Below, piece after piece: positions 11,411-24,800 of a stretch of 64,000 bases of DNA. Every line of letters starts with the position of its first letter. The stretch's first letter is position 1. A model generated the notes under the pieces. It searched no databases. It had not been told where the DNA came from and saw nothing but the letters and a program-made list of their open reading frames with translations. The position numbers were made by a program, and so were the translations under genes. This DNA comes from Hypanus sabinus (Eukaryota): assembly GCF_030144855.1 (NCBI RefSeq), contig NC_082716.1, positions 80,476,001 through 80,540,000 of the forward strand. Reading direction: 5' to 3'.

Positions 11411-11839
11411 TATGTTCTATTCACAGTTCAAGTCAAGCATACAAAAAACAATCGACAGGTCATGCAACATCTGTGGAAGCATTAACAGAGGGTCCTGGTT
11501 AGAGTGGTGACCATGAGGAGGATAGACAAGGCGAATGGTCACAGTGTGTCCCAGGGAAGGACAGTCTAAGAATTAGAGAACATAGATTTAAGACAAGGGG
11601 AAACATCTAAAAGGGACCCAAAGAGCAAAAAAAAAATGTTTAAATGTCCTTTGTAAAACGTTGTAATTGTACTCGCCCTTATCCATGCTGCATGATGGAC
11701 TCGAAATATTAATGTATTGTTCTCTACACAGATGATGTCCAACATTCTGAGTGCTTCCAGCATGCTGTTTCAAGATTCCCAGCATCTGATATTTTTATTT
11801 TCTTAATAAAGTACTCATGGAGCATTAATGCATCTAGAC

Positions 11840-11919
11840 CAGGGTTTCCCATCTTTTTTTATGCTATGGACCCCAACCATTGACTGAAGGGTCTTTGGAC
11901 CCCAAGTTGGGAACCCCTG
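11840..11919. mobile_element. 80-bp hAT (Charlie-type) MITE with 8-bp TSD ATCTAGAC
   Basis: Ends CAGGGTTTCCCA / TGGGAACCCCTG. ATCTAGAC at both 11832-11839 and 11920-11927. Confidence 0.85.
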
Positions 11920-13559
11920 ATCTAGACGCTCTGCACTTGACAAATTTCATTTACTCTACAAGTCTTTCAAAAGTTAGAGTGGTGGCTAACTATGTACTTT
12001 CAGCAAAGAAGCTATCCATTCAATGGCTAATAGCATGGGCACAGAAGCAGCATGCCACTGACTTCCTCATAGCTCACTTGTCCTGCTGGAGTCTGAAAGT
12101 AGTGATAGCAGAACTTTGGAAGTTACTGGCCTTCTATCACCTTGATGACACAAGGCAAATGTGCACATCTTCATAAATGCACACATTTTGGAATGGGTGA
12201 GATGAACATGGCCATTTAGTGCTGCAAGGTTGGATAGCACAAAAGGAATGGTAAAAAAATGCCAAGCTTCTGACTAGAACAAACAAGCCACTACCCAAAT
12301 GTGTTAAACTTGCATAGAAATACTAAGCAATGCGTGATTTGCCCCTGCTGAATTTGGAGGTCGTCATCTCTAACATGTTTTGGAAATTTAGAACCTCATA
12401 CAGAATTTCCCAGCATGCCAAAACTGAAAATGAACCAACTTCATAACTACAGATCAAAACTACTGCGTATTGAAAACGTGTTTAACTGGCATTAATTGGA
12501 TCTTGGAAACATTCAACCAAAGCTTGAGGAAAGTTGACTGGCTGGAACCTAGGACTGGTTTGTATTGATTGGAGAGTTAAAGTTCTGCATAATTCACCTG
12601 GTCTATTTCCTATTTCCGGAAGGGAGAACAACTGCTCACACATATACCCTGTCATTAAGCACACAGCAATGTTAGGAGAAAACTGGGCAAGTGTTTATCT
12701 ACCAACTGGGTAAATTATAAATGTCATCTGGCACCCAACAGAGAGTGAGAGAGAGAAAATGTGTGTTTATTCAAGTGCTGAAGATAAGGGTTTCCTGATA
12801 ATCTGACTCACTTAGTAAAATACAGATTCCCGACCAATATTTTGTTTTGCTGTTTGCTAGTTTAAGACATTTGGTAGTAAAAGTCAGCCAACGTGAAGAG
12901 AAAAAAATATTGGTTTCAATAGCTGAAAAAGAGAAGCAGTAAAGCACAAACTGGGGCTGAAGTACGTTGCATCAGATCTTTCTTGTAAACAAGCAATCAC
13001 TTACTTTCTTGTAAGTGACTCTAAGCAAGCACCGCTACAATTCCCATTACTGTATGAAAAGAGCACCACTCAGAGTCTAAAGAAGTAATAGCAACCTGCC
13101 ACGCTAAACTGTCTAGTACTACTGGCATATGATGTTCAGAGACTGATTTGTAGCCAAGTGACAGCTATTAGCGGATTAATATTAACCAGTAAGTTTAACT
13201 TGCCATTTATCTTGTGTAAACCTATTACCAATTACAGCGCACAAAAACAATAGATTCAACACATTCAGAACAATGTATTACTGTCAATAACCTGTAAAAA
13301 ATGTAGTCACTTCCGTAGTTTTGTTATTGCACTGCCAAGCTGCTGGTAAAGCATTTTCAACAGCCCTCTGGCATCAAACCCAAAAGCGACATATGTTAAA
13401 CAAAGGAAATAAAAGTGGAAGAAAACTTAAAATGGAAGCAAAATATTTAGAGGTGCGATGGATATTCACTGTCCAGGGTTTGGGGGCCTGTTTGCGAAGC
13501 TTAGCTTTCTAATGTTGCTACTGACACTTCTAGAGATCAGTGGGGTTATGTTATGTGGC

Positions 13560-13700
13560 CTGTGTCCTAACGAAGGGTCTCGGCCCGAAACATTGACTGC
13601 TCGTTTCAACAGATGCTGCCCAACCTGCTGAGTTCATCCAGCTTGTTTGTATGTGTTGATTTGACCACAGCATTTGCAGTGTACTTTGTGTTTATCAAAT
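13560..13700 (+). mobile_element. PLE 3' end with hammerhead-like motif
   Basis: cctaacgaagggtctcggcccgaaacattgactg...gatgctgcccaacctgctgagttcatccagc. Confidence 0.7.
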
Positions 13701-16614
13701 CAGACAACACTGGCTAAGTTATTTAGTTCAAGGAAGCTTGCAGACTAGATTGATTTTATCCCTTAGCACATCAAATAGCTAATTGATCAACAGTTGGAAG
13801 ATTTGTGCACTCAGAGAGTCAGCTTCACAGTATTAATTTGGGGTCTCAGAAGCTTAAGACAGTCTGTGTGAAAAAGAATCTGAAAAAAATATCTGTGTGT
13901 AATCATCTAAGTGGCAAAAGAAAGTATAAATGTAAGAGAGTGGTTAGGCTTGTTGGGACTGGTCAAGGAACAGCAAGAAGAATGACAGAAAGACAGGATG
14001 AACTATAAAACATTCATCTGCCATTGATTTATGCAACAAATGACTGGTTAGTTCATTCGAATTGTACCTGTGTTTTGGAAATACTCTATTGTAGAAATTG
14101 TTTTCAATTTGGAAATCTTTATGAGATTTAAAACTCAGAGGTTTTCTACATTTTTCTTTTTAAGAATTTTATCTAAATTTAAATGTGTATCTCTAAAAAA
14201 TAAACAAACTGTGTTTAAACTACTTTGCTAGATGGTAGCATCTCCCCCTAGGTAGATAGGGAGGACCTACAACTGAAATAGTGGGTATGGCAGCTTAACT
14301 TGCTGTGGAGGATAAACAGGGAAGACATGTAGCCTTTGAAGGGTAGGTGGCTACAGTATAACCTCCCTTTAGAGAGGGCACCCATAGCTATCTATAATCG
14401 GATAGGGCTTAGGAGCTTCATTTGAGTTTCGAACTTTGTCTTCACAGAGGAAGAGACTGGTAGGATTGGTGGCACCCCAATACATCCAGTTCTGCATCTT
14501 AAGCTATCAAGATGTCAACTATAAAGAGACCTTCTTAACTCTATCCCAAGCTGCTCATTTCAATGGTCAGTCACCTCTCAGACTATGTCTACTAGACAAT
14601 GATAAAATTGTAGGAAAATGCTGGTAGAGTAAATAGTAAAACACTTTGAAGTACTATACATCAACTAATGAAAAAAGTAGTTCTGAAGAGAAAATAAAAT
14701 CAGAGAAAACATGGACAGAAATATTCCATGTACATCCTAATTATCTATTCCCATAAAATGAGAGTATTTGTTATCTATAGCTTCTACAATTTAAGGTCAT
14801 AATATTTTCCCATGTTTTACAGGCTTTTTAATGACTTAACTTTGAGATACTGAATAAACCATAGAGTTCCAGACCAAAATGACATTTGACTAGACAAAAA
14901 TCAATGCCACGAAGGCTGCTAAATCTTTATAGACCTCCTTTTGGCAGAGATCTCAAGTATTAAATCCACAGCACTGCTGTGCGTTTTTGGACACTGACAA
15001 CTATTTCTACAACTGCACAAAATTGAAAAAAAACCAATGGTAACATATGATCAAATTCCCAAAACCAAACACGGTGGTCACCAAGCATATTCATCAGAAA
15101 TCACTCCAAAAAGTTTTGATTGTTTGAACTTTTCACTCGGCTTGTAATTCTGCTTTCACATTTGCAGTGCTTTAACTACTGGTTCATATACTTCAATACT
15201 ACATTTACTAGGAAGAAATATCTTTCACTGTGTTCTCTGAAGGGGATGTACAGGCTTCCTGTACATTTCAAGACAATTGTTGATGAAATTGACATATTAG
15301 TAAATCCACAATTCCAATAAAGCATCTCAAAAGCTTGGTTGTTTGTGCCTTCAGAAAAGAATAAATATTTACTCCAAAATAGACTGACAAGGTGCTTGAA
15401 ATCATTCACGTTAGAATCAGTTAGGATCCAAAAGAGATCTGTTTGGTCAGGTCGAGGTGCTAATAAACCTTTTATTGAAGGGAACTGTTGGCCAACTATG
15501 GCTTGCAGGACAGAACATTCCTGAATATCACATCAATAGATTTGGGAACCACCAGTCACAGCTGCATTGATCAGACACTTTTGGACTTCACTTCTCACTT
15601 GACCACTGGATTTCAAACGGAATCTCAGATGAATACAGTCATGCTGAACCATGTGGCTGGATTGACTTTGCATCTGGCCCCACAACCTTCTACCAGCCAA
15701 GACAGGCATAGACAGCATTGTACTTGCTTGATAATTGTAGTAAATATCTTTCCTAAACTGCCCCTTCAAACTTTAATTTTTAACTATTAAAATTAAAAAA
15801 ACAAAAAATGATTAATATTTGAAACTGTTGTAATCCAATTACAATCAGAAGTATTTACGTAATTGCGCTTCAAATGTCTTTGACATTTTGACATCAAGCA
15901 GTCAATGGGCCATGAATTGCAACAAAGGGGATGGGAGCAGGGGCTGAGTGGACAAGATCAAGTACAATCCAGTCGATTAAGGATAGCACGTCATCATACC
16001 TTTCACAATTCTGCAGTCACACAAGTTATGGTGATTCAGAAAAAACCATATTAGTGCTGCTGTAGATCAGCATCAATGGAATCAAGCTGCATTAAACAAG
16101 CTATTCCTTCCCGGGTGGAGGGTTTAAAAATAAAACTGCACTGCAAATTGGAGCAATGCCACTTATTCACATGAATATTTGATATGTAGAAGCAGCTGTC
16201 AGAGACAACATATTGGTGATTGACATTTACATTTTAGAAGCCATTGCGCAGGAAGTAATGCAGCACAAACCAGCACTAGTTCAACTTGCAGGAGACAAAC
16301 ATATTAGCATCATGCACTGAAACAAACCCCAGACTTCAATTTTAAAGCCAACTCATGGAACACCCAATTGTGGGGAATAGGGAGGGACAGAAAATGACCA
16401 GTCTCCAATACTTAAGAATGACTGGCAGCTCAAGGTCCCCAGGTCAGACTTTGACATTAGTCATAATCCAATAACACTATTGTCATTTTAAACTCCAGCT
16501 TCCTAAAAGGAACCAATAGTAATCTCATTCATGGGCACGGTGCCCAAGCCAAAAATTAAATAACCAAAATGAATAACGGTGTTCCAACATTTTTGGGTAT
16601 ACCATAATACCGTA

Positions 16615-16865
16615 AGTTACAGGAGCAGAATTAGGCCATTTGGCCCATCAAGTCTGTTCCACCATTTCGTCGTGGCTGATCCATTTCCCTCTCAGCCCCA
16701 ATCTCCTGCTTTCTCCCTGTAACTCTTCATCCCTGACCATCAACCTCAAATTACCCAATGACTTGGCCTCTACAGCCACCAGTGGCAACACATTTGAGAG
16801 ATTTGCCATTCTCTAGCTAAAGAAATTCCTCTTCATCTCTGATCTAAATGGACATCCATCTTGAT
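16615..16865 (-). mobile_element. CR1-type LINE 3' tail fragment
   Basis: aggagcagaattaggccatttggccca..ccatttcgtcgtggctgatc is the reverse complement of the CR1 3' UTR seen at 39770-39856. Confidence 0.65.
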
Positions 16866-18834
16866 GTGGTTTTGCTATTCAGGCCATACAATTGCTGCAG
16901 CACCATTTTAACAAACAGGCCCATCATTTGCATGAGGAACAAGGAATTGTTTTAAATACAGTACCAGTACACAAACTTCTACACAGGTTTCCTGATACTG
17001 TCTGCCCGCATATTTATACTATGTTCAAGCAGAAGACACAAAGAAAAATAATAGTCAAGAGGTCTCAGCTACTTGTTGTAAAGTTAGAGGCAAGGATCCA
17101 TTTAAGGAATAAGCTAAATGGCAGCAAAACTCACGATTCAGATATTGTTAAATTCCACCCCCTCCCCCCCCCCCATGGCAACAGCAATTTCCTGTTGACA
17201 AAACTGACATCAGATGTCTCTTTTGTACACTTTCAATAAGGAGTGGTGTTGAGTATGGGATTCTAAAGCAACCCCCGTTCTGCATTGCTCAAGTCAGTTT
17301 GAAGGAAGACAGTGAAGTGCAAGCTCCAGATGTGTATCAGTGCAAAAGTTGTAACAGAGTCAATCTGCAAATGATCTACACTTCTACCAAATCTCAGAAG
17401 CTTTCGCCAACCACTTAATACCAATTGCAACTTGTTCTAAGTCATTGAACACATCAGTGTAAGTTAATTACATCCCGTGAAACGTTAGATGAGAATGAAT
17501 TAAATAAAAGCTTGCACTTCATTATTCAATATTTCATTTATATTTAAATTCCATTGATAACAATTTAGTCTGGCCACTGGCATATAATCGACCAGTAGGG
17601 CAGAACCACCAAACTGGTTGGGTCCAGACAACACTTTCAACTTCACTTTGCTTCAGGGTCACATCAGCTAAATATGGAGGATTCATGATATGTTCTTACT
17701 GACACTCGGCTTGGCATATACCCTATTCCAATTATAATACATTTCTGTAAAGAAGCATGTGCCCAATTAAAAGAGAATATATACAAATAACATGCAAAAT
17801 GGTGGCACTGATTATAAAAAAATGCAAACAACTTTCAAAACGCATAGTTATAATAAACATCTGGCTGCAGAATTTTAAAAAATTCTCTGTACATATCCAC
17901 TAATACATACTCACCAATATAGGAAAATATGCCATTGCTTTGGAACATAATTTTCATTTGCTTCATAAACCATTGTGAGAAGCAAGTACAGTTGATTTTG
18001 TGCAAGTCATTTTACAGATATAGCTAGAATCCATTAGATAGCCCAGTCTTCTTGTTTAAACCAGATTCTCCCCGGAATCACTAAGTGACTCAAAGCATGC
18101 ACTCTGCTCCACAATGCCCGTCACGGGATTATGACACAGTGAAGTTCCAGAAAGGATGAAATTCCTTTTCCGCTCTTAAGTAGGAGATGTTCAGAAACAA
18201 TTGATGGAAGTGAACTGCTGAGCTGGATTAATCTGCATCGTGCTCCCACACAGACTGTGTGACTCCTGCTCTGAAGGGAAAAAAAACAGCTCTGCAGTGC
18301 CAAAAAGCTACTTCATATTTTGAACAGCCTCTGATTTGATACAAGCACTTCTTTGTTGCTACAAGTCTACTCAAAAATCCAAGTAATCCTCAAGCCAAGT
18401 AAATCTTCAATGAGCTTCAAAATAAAAATAAAGATGTCCAAATTACACAAGCTGAAATCTCAGAATGCTGTTACAAATTCAAGGGAAGTGCAAAATCCAA
18501 TAAGAAAACATTCCTAAGTGCCAGAGTCATTTTTGTGGTCTAGATTTGCAATTTTACTGGAAAAGCTCAGTGTATAAAATGTGCTTTTGGGTCTCCATTT
18601 ATGGTTCATAATGCAAAGATATATTTATTAGTATATCTGTCTTGACAGTCACATCGCAACATTAAAATTGCATTGAATTAAACTGTACTAATAGAAGCTA
18701 CACCGAAAATGACACCAAAGTAGGGATCCTTGATTTTTCTCTTCCAGAAGTGGGAGGCAGGAAAAGGACAGTTCAAAACAATCCCTCACATTCATTTAAT
18801 TAATACTTATACTGACAATATTGTAGAGGTGCCA

Positions 18835-21800
18835 TGTTATGTAACTTCAGAAACTAACTGAAAGAAAAACATGGGAGTCTGGGGTTAACATGCCTACTTC
18901 AGACTGCTTTCGTAAGGCGTGCACATATGGGCACAGAGTATACCATTCACGCACTTTTACATATAACCCATAACGAATTCTATAAACAATGAATGCTTCA
19001 GACAATATATTTATATTACTTAAATATTACTGAAACGTTGACTACATGCACTGCTCAGCTATAAACTTCAAACAAAATGGAATGCACCTCAGCATATTGT
19101 GGTGCTTGGGGAGCTGTGGTCGGCATTCCTCGCGGCCGTTGCTACTTATTGTTCTTGCTTTTAAGATGTGCTTGTGGTGTGTGTGTTCAGTACTGTGATA
19201 TGTTCCAAGTTCATTTATTTTAGCTCAGGTTATACAGCTGCTCGCTTGTGTGTTGGTGTGCCACCCTGAAGGTGAGCGGGGTGAGTGATAATCACCTCCC
19301 CCATCTGAACGTGACTGAGTCAGTTCTCACCGAGCGACTGTGTCTGTTATTGTGCTTGTCACAATAAAAATGGCAGCTGAGGTAAATGAGCCTTTCTCAT
19401 TTGCCGTCAGGGACTGAATGCCTGCAACATTAGTGTTGGGAGTCGGATCAGAACTGGATGGTGCAAGTGAAGAGCTGTAAGGGCTAGACAAAGGGAATAA
19501 GTCGAGGGATGAGCAGGACTCCTCCCCGGCACCGGGCTCTCAAAACTGGGTTGCTGACCCGGGGGGCGGACCTTGGAACTGAGCATCAGTCCTTCCCAGA
19601 GAACCCCGATGAGCAAGTGTACCCTGGGTGCACAGTGTCACCAGCACCCTTTGTGGCCCACACTGGGGAACCCAGGATACCACAGCCAGGGGAGAATGGG
19701 CAATGCGGCATGCACCAACAACGCCAAAGAGAAGGATCAATGGACTCCAGCAGCTCACGTCACAAGATCCACCCAGATACAATGGTACCAGCCACCGGGC
19801 GCCTTACCTGGCGCAAGTCGAACTTGCCACATGGCACATTGAGTGGAGCCCCATTGAGACAGCGGTGGAGGGGATGCCCTCTTCCACCAATGCTGGCGGA
19901 GCAGCGCGACTACAGAACCCTTGCAGCAGCATTGCAAGCTGAGGCTACTGGAGGAAGAACTAGGAGGCAGAGGGCATTGTATGGGAGAAAGCCTGGTGGG
20001 GTGTTCACAGCTGCCCCCAGTTCTCACTCGCAGCCCAAGGAGAGCTTGCCCTCCACGCCCTTGTAAGGGCGCTAATGCCGAAGTGCCTTAGGCGGCACGT
20101 TCTCTCGACATCACCATCATCACTGGCCGAGATGCTGTCAGACGCGGAGATGGTAGAGCAATTTTAACCTGCCAGGTGTTCCAGCGTCTCCCCACATGCC
20201 GTGAGGCTGGGTCAGTGTCGACGAGGAGGAGCCAGTGAGAAGTCCAAACAGTGCCGTGTTGGCCCCACCACGAGCCACCGAATGATCTCTGCTACCGAGT
20301 GGCAAAGCAGGCCGTGTGCCCCGGAACTGCCCTGCACCAGAACCATACCACAGTGCAGCCATAGGGAAACGCCAGGTGACTGGCACTGCCCGAGACCTCC
20401 AGCAAAATCCCTCTGCTGTCGCCTCCCAGGGCAGGCCACTTGGGCGAAGATCAAGGCTTATACACAGACCTTGAGGTGGAAGGTGTCAGTTGGTGGACAC
20501 GGATTCAACCATCACTATCATCCATCCTGGTGTTCTCCCCCAACACAGACCAGCCTTCCCCACCTGGGTGGTTGACAACAGCGGTCCAGCTGGCTATGGT
20601 CACCGGCGACTGCCTGGCAATGAGAGGGAAGAGGCGGCTGTGTCTCACTGTGGGGAAAACACAGCGGAGCACGAGGTGTGGCTAGTCAACGTCCAGCACT
20701 TCTGCATCATTGGCCTGGACCCGCTGGTGGGGAAGCTCGAGGAAGCAGGCCAGGCGGGCACAGCAGCACACGCCACCGGTCTCACAGCGGCCCACCGCAG
20801 CGCAGCACAATGCAAAGCACCACGCCGAAACCTGCAGTGGAGTGACATGCACCATCACCTGCCACCCTAGCGCACCTCACCCTGCCCATCACCAGCAACC
20901 GCACCAGTGCAGCAAGACGCCACGGGCAGCACTACAGTGGGACCACCCAGGCTGTGGTAGCAGAGTATCAAGGGTTTGGATCAGGACCAGCAGGGGGCAA
21001 CTGAAAGACATCTCGGACATCTTCACAGACAGGGATGAGGACTGGAGACGCACATGGCTAATCCAGCTCTGGGGACACCCGGCCCTTCTGCCTGCAGCTC
21101 CATCACCTGGCCTCAGGCAGCAGATTAAAGCGATGGCAGCAGTTGTATCATTGAGCTCTCCAAAGCCCATGGGCAGCCCCAATGGAAGGAAGATGGGTCA
21201 TGGTGGCTGTGCATAGACTACCATCTCAATGCCGTGACCCAGAAGAGCTATGACACACTGGCCCGAATTGATGATGCAGGGTCACGGGTTTGACCCGGCT
21301 CAACTCTCTCAATCCCAACAACGGCTGCTAACACATCGATCGGGGGCAAGACTGCCTTCGCCATCAGTCAAGGGCTTTGTCACTTCCAGGTAATGCTGCT
21401 TGGTCACATGTAACATCCTGGCCACATTCACGAGACTAATAGAGGGCGCAGGCTCACATTCGGCAGAGTTACTGTGTCAACTATTTTGATGATCTCCTGG
21501 TAAATGTCACCATTTTTGATGATGCCCTGCAGAAGGGGGCTTCTCCACCATCCACTAGGCGAACCTGCACCTCAATCCTGCAAAATGCTGCTTGCTGCAC
21601 CACCAGACGAAGTTCCTGGGACACAAGGTGAGCGCAGGAGCGGTGATGGACAGTCAGGGAATAGCCCATCACCCATGACGTCTCTGAGCTTCGCAGCCTC
21701 CTACGGCTGGCAACATACCACCGCCAGATTATTAGGGACCTTGCCCCATTGCCAGCTCCCTGCACCAGCTCACCGAGAAGGGGAGGCCCTTCACCTGGAC

Positions 21801-24800
21801 TGACAGATGTGTTGCCAGCTCCGAGCTGCGCTCACCCAGACCCCGGGGCTGGTGTACTCTAAACCAGCATGGCGTCAGTGTTAACACAGACACCATCAAC
21901 TGGGGGGGTCAGTGTAGTGCTGTCATAGGAGGGGGTCTGATGAGAACACATTGTGTTGTACTTCAGCCCTGAACAGAACCATTGTGTCAGCCACCGGGAG
22001 CTCTCGGCATCGGTTCAGGCCCTCTGCCACTTCCACCCCTACCTCTTTGGTTGCTCTTCCTGCTTCACAGGGATCACGTGTTGTCAACCTGGCTGTTGAG
22101 CTCCCACGGTCCCAAGGGGCAGCTGCCACTGTGGCTGCAGGACGACAGCTCCTCATTGCTGAACCTGTGAGGCCGCTGAGTGGTCTATGGTCATCACCTT
22201 GAGGAGTGGAGCCGGGGCAAGCAGCAGTGGCAATGCTTCAGGTGACTCCTGGCAGCGAGGTAGACCTCCCCACCGTCGGCCACAGTGGCTGCACAGGGAT
22301 CGGGAAAGTGAGCCTATGCTGGCCTGGGTGAGTGAGGTGGGGTGGGGTGGAGGTCTCAGTCCTGGATCCAGAGGTCGAAGCCCAATACTCTCAGTGGGAC
22401 ATACTGGAGGTGTGCGATGGGCTGCTGTTCCGGCAGTGGCAGTTTTCCGATGGTGTCAGACATCTCCTGCAGCTGGTGGTCCCTGGGGCCTCCACTCCAC
22501 AGTGCTGCGGCCCCTTCTGCCTCGATGTTGGAAATCACCAGGCTCCAATGACCGTAGATTACTTCACAAGGTGACCACAGGCATACGTGGTCCCGGACAA
22601 GAGCACCACTACCACCGAGAGTTCTTCTGCCATTTCGGCACCCCTGAGAAACTCCACAGCGACTAGGAGCACAATTTTGAGACGCAGGTGTTTGGCGAGG
22701 TCTACAGGTGGCTGGGAATCACCAAAATATGGACCCCCCCCCCCTTCAGCTGCAAAGTGATGGGTGCTGACCTACACCCTGGCTACTCAGCTTGCCATCC
22801 TCACCAGCGCGATTGGGATCGCCTCCTACCCCTGGTATTGCGGGCATACCAGGCAGCAGCTCAGGAGAGCACCAGGTACATGCCAACTGTGCACGTGCTT
22901 GGGCAGGAGCCATGTACGGTGGCAGACGATGTTTGGCATCTTTCCCCGGGCCGGAGGTTCCTGTGCGGCTGGGTTGGAGCATCTGCTGTTCACGATGAGG
23001 CTCAGCAAAACCAAAGCACAGCTAGCAGCCACCAGAAATGGGCTTATGATATCTGCAGGGACCATCCTCAGAGCTGGACCACATCTCCGATATGGTACAC
23101 CGGGCACGGCTGCCTGAATGACAGAAAGAAATCTGGCTCCAGCAAGGCTGGCTTGCACCGTATCAGGCCTTGGCCACCATCAACACAGAAAGCTGAGGGA
23201 AGGAGGTGAAACTGTGTGCCCCTGCCCCTTTCAATCCCAAACAGTGCCTCCCCTGGGCGGTGGGGACGAGGTGGAACTACAAACACAGTCCCCCCCCTCC
23301 CGTGCCCCAAGCAGTGGTGGTCCCAACCACAACTGGGACCTTTGGACTTTGTTGTGGACGCGGTTGCCGGGGGCAGCGTGGCACTCCAGAGGCGCAGTCG
23401 GCAGCTCGCTCCAGCATTCCTAGCGGCAGCTCCATTTATTGCTATGGTTTTTAAAATGTGTTCTTGGTGTGAGTGTTCAGTAGAATGTTGGTGAGATTTT
23501 AAGTTCATTTATTTTGGCTCGGGTTATACAATTGCTCGCTTGCGTGCCATCCTGACTGTAACCGGGGTGTGTAAAATCACCTCCCCGTCTGTACGCGACT
23601 GTGTCAGTTCTCACTGAGCTACTGTGCTCTGCTATTGTGTTTGACGCAATAAAAGTGGCAACTGAGATAAACTTTTCTCATCTATCATCATGGACTGAAT
23701 GCTTGCCACAAGACACGCACACACACTATACCACAGAATATAGTACAACTACTACATAGACATCCACAGCATAATAAATGTTTAATTGCCCCATTCAGGC
23801 ATAAGGGTTTAATTGCTGCGAGGATTTCTTGATCTTGTGGGATACCGCTTTTCAGGATAAGGGGGAGGGTTCACTCTGCTTTGCAGGTTTGACCTGTGAC
23901 TGTGAAAAGATCTTTGGTTCCAGGTGGAGGTAAGAGTTGACTCTGGGATGACTGAAAATGGTTCCGACAGCTCTGGACACCTTTCTTCTCTAACAATTGA
24001 CTCAGCTTTCCTCCGCTGTGTAGGAGAGTGGTCCAGTTGATCCTTCTGAGCACCAACTTTTGATCACCTCTGCAGTCCCTCACCAGGACTGCTTGTCCAG
24101 AAGTGACACATTGAACTTCCTTGTTTGAGCCCTCCATTTGTCTCAGCTGTTTGTCCCACAGTGTCCTCCTGAGATTGAGTTTGACGAAATCCAAGTGTGA
24201 TGCAAAGGACAACCCAGGAAGATTGGTGAGTAGTTGCTTGTTGTGGAGTAAACTGCATTGCAATATGCAAGGAGGAAATTGCCAAGCTTCTGACTCGGTG
24301 TTAGTGTAATGTGTTCTCCTTTCGTAGCTCACCGTACACTCTTTAGTCTCTGGGAAACCTTTCCACCAAGCCATTTGCAGCAGGGTGGTATGGCGCAAAT
24401 GTAATGTGTCACATTGCATTTGTATTCAGAGATGACTGAAACTGCTCTGCAACAAACTGTGCTCTGTTGTCAATGACCAAGTGTTCTGGAATACCAGTCC
24501 TTGAGAAGAAACTTAACACACAGAGTGTGAGGTTGTAGTGGAGGCTATTAGGGAACACTTCTGGCCAATCTGCAGTTGCATTTGCTACTAACAAGAAATT
24601 TGTGCCCATGAATGGTCTGGCAGAATTCACATGAATCCTCTGCCAGGGTAATGCAGGCCATTCCAAAGGATAGAAAGATGCTATTCTTGGCATCTTCTAG
24701 ATGTGTTGGTATCCTGAACAATGCTTGGCAAGTTGCTCAATCTATCCAGGCTACAAGACAAAGCTTCCAACCAGCACTTTCATTTTGATTATGCCTAGAT

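Noticed and set aside
14230-14420. Run of small hairpins (for example tgtagcc/ggctaca) suggesting a structured ncRNA
   Set aside because: Stems are only 5-7 bp, there is no family motif, and this is within chance expectation.
15176-15769. Minus-strand ORFs 15533-15769 and 15176-15409 are in one frame, separated by a single TGA (about 198 codons), suggesting readthrough or selenoprotein
   Set aside because: No recognisable domain and no SECIS-like element seen. A rough estimate from stop-codon frequency gives about one such stretch by chance in six frames of 64 kb.
18290-18316. Minus ATGAAGTAGCTTTTTGGCA resembling the recalled RGL1 first exon MKLLWQAKM
   Set aside because: In-frame stop at codon 3 and no splice donor at the expected place.
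19407-23508. Dense cluster of 60-185 aa ORFs on both strands
   Set aside because: Frameshifted fragments and shadows of the nested GC-rich Gypsy element, not host genes.
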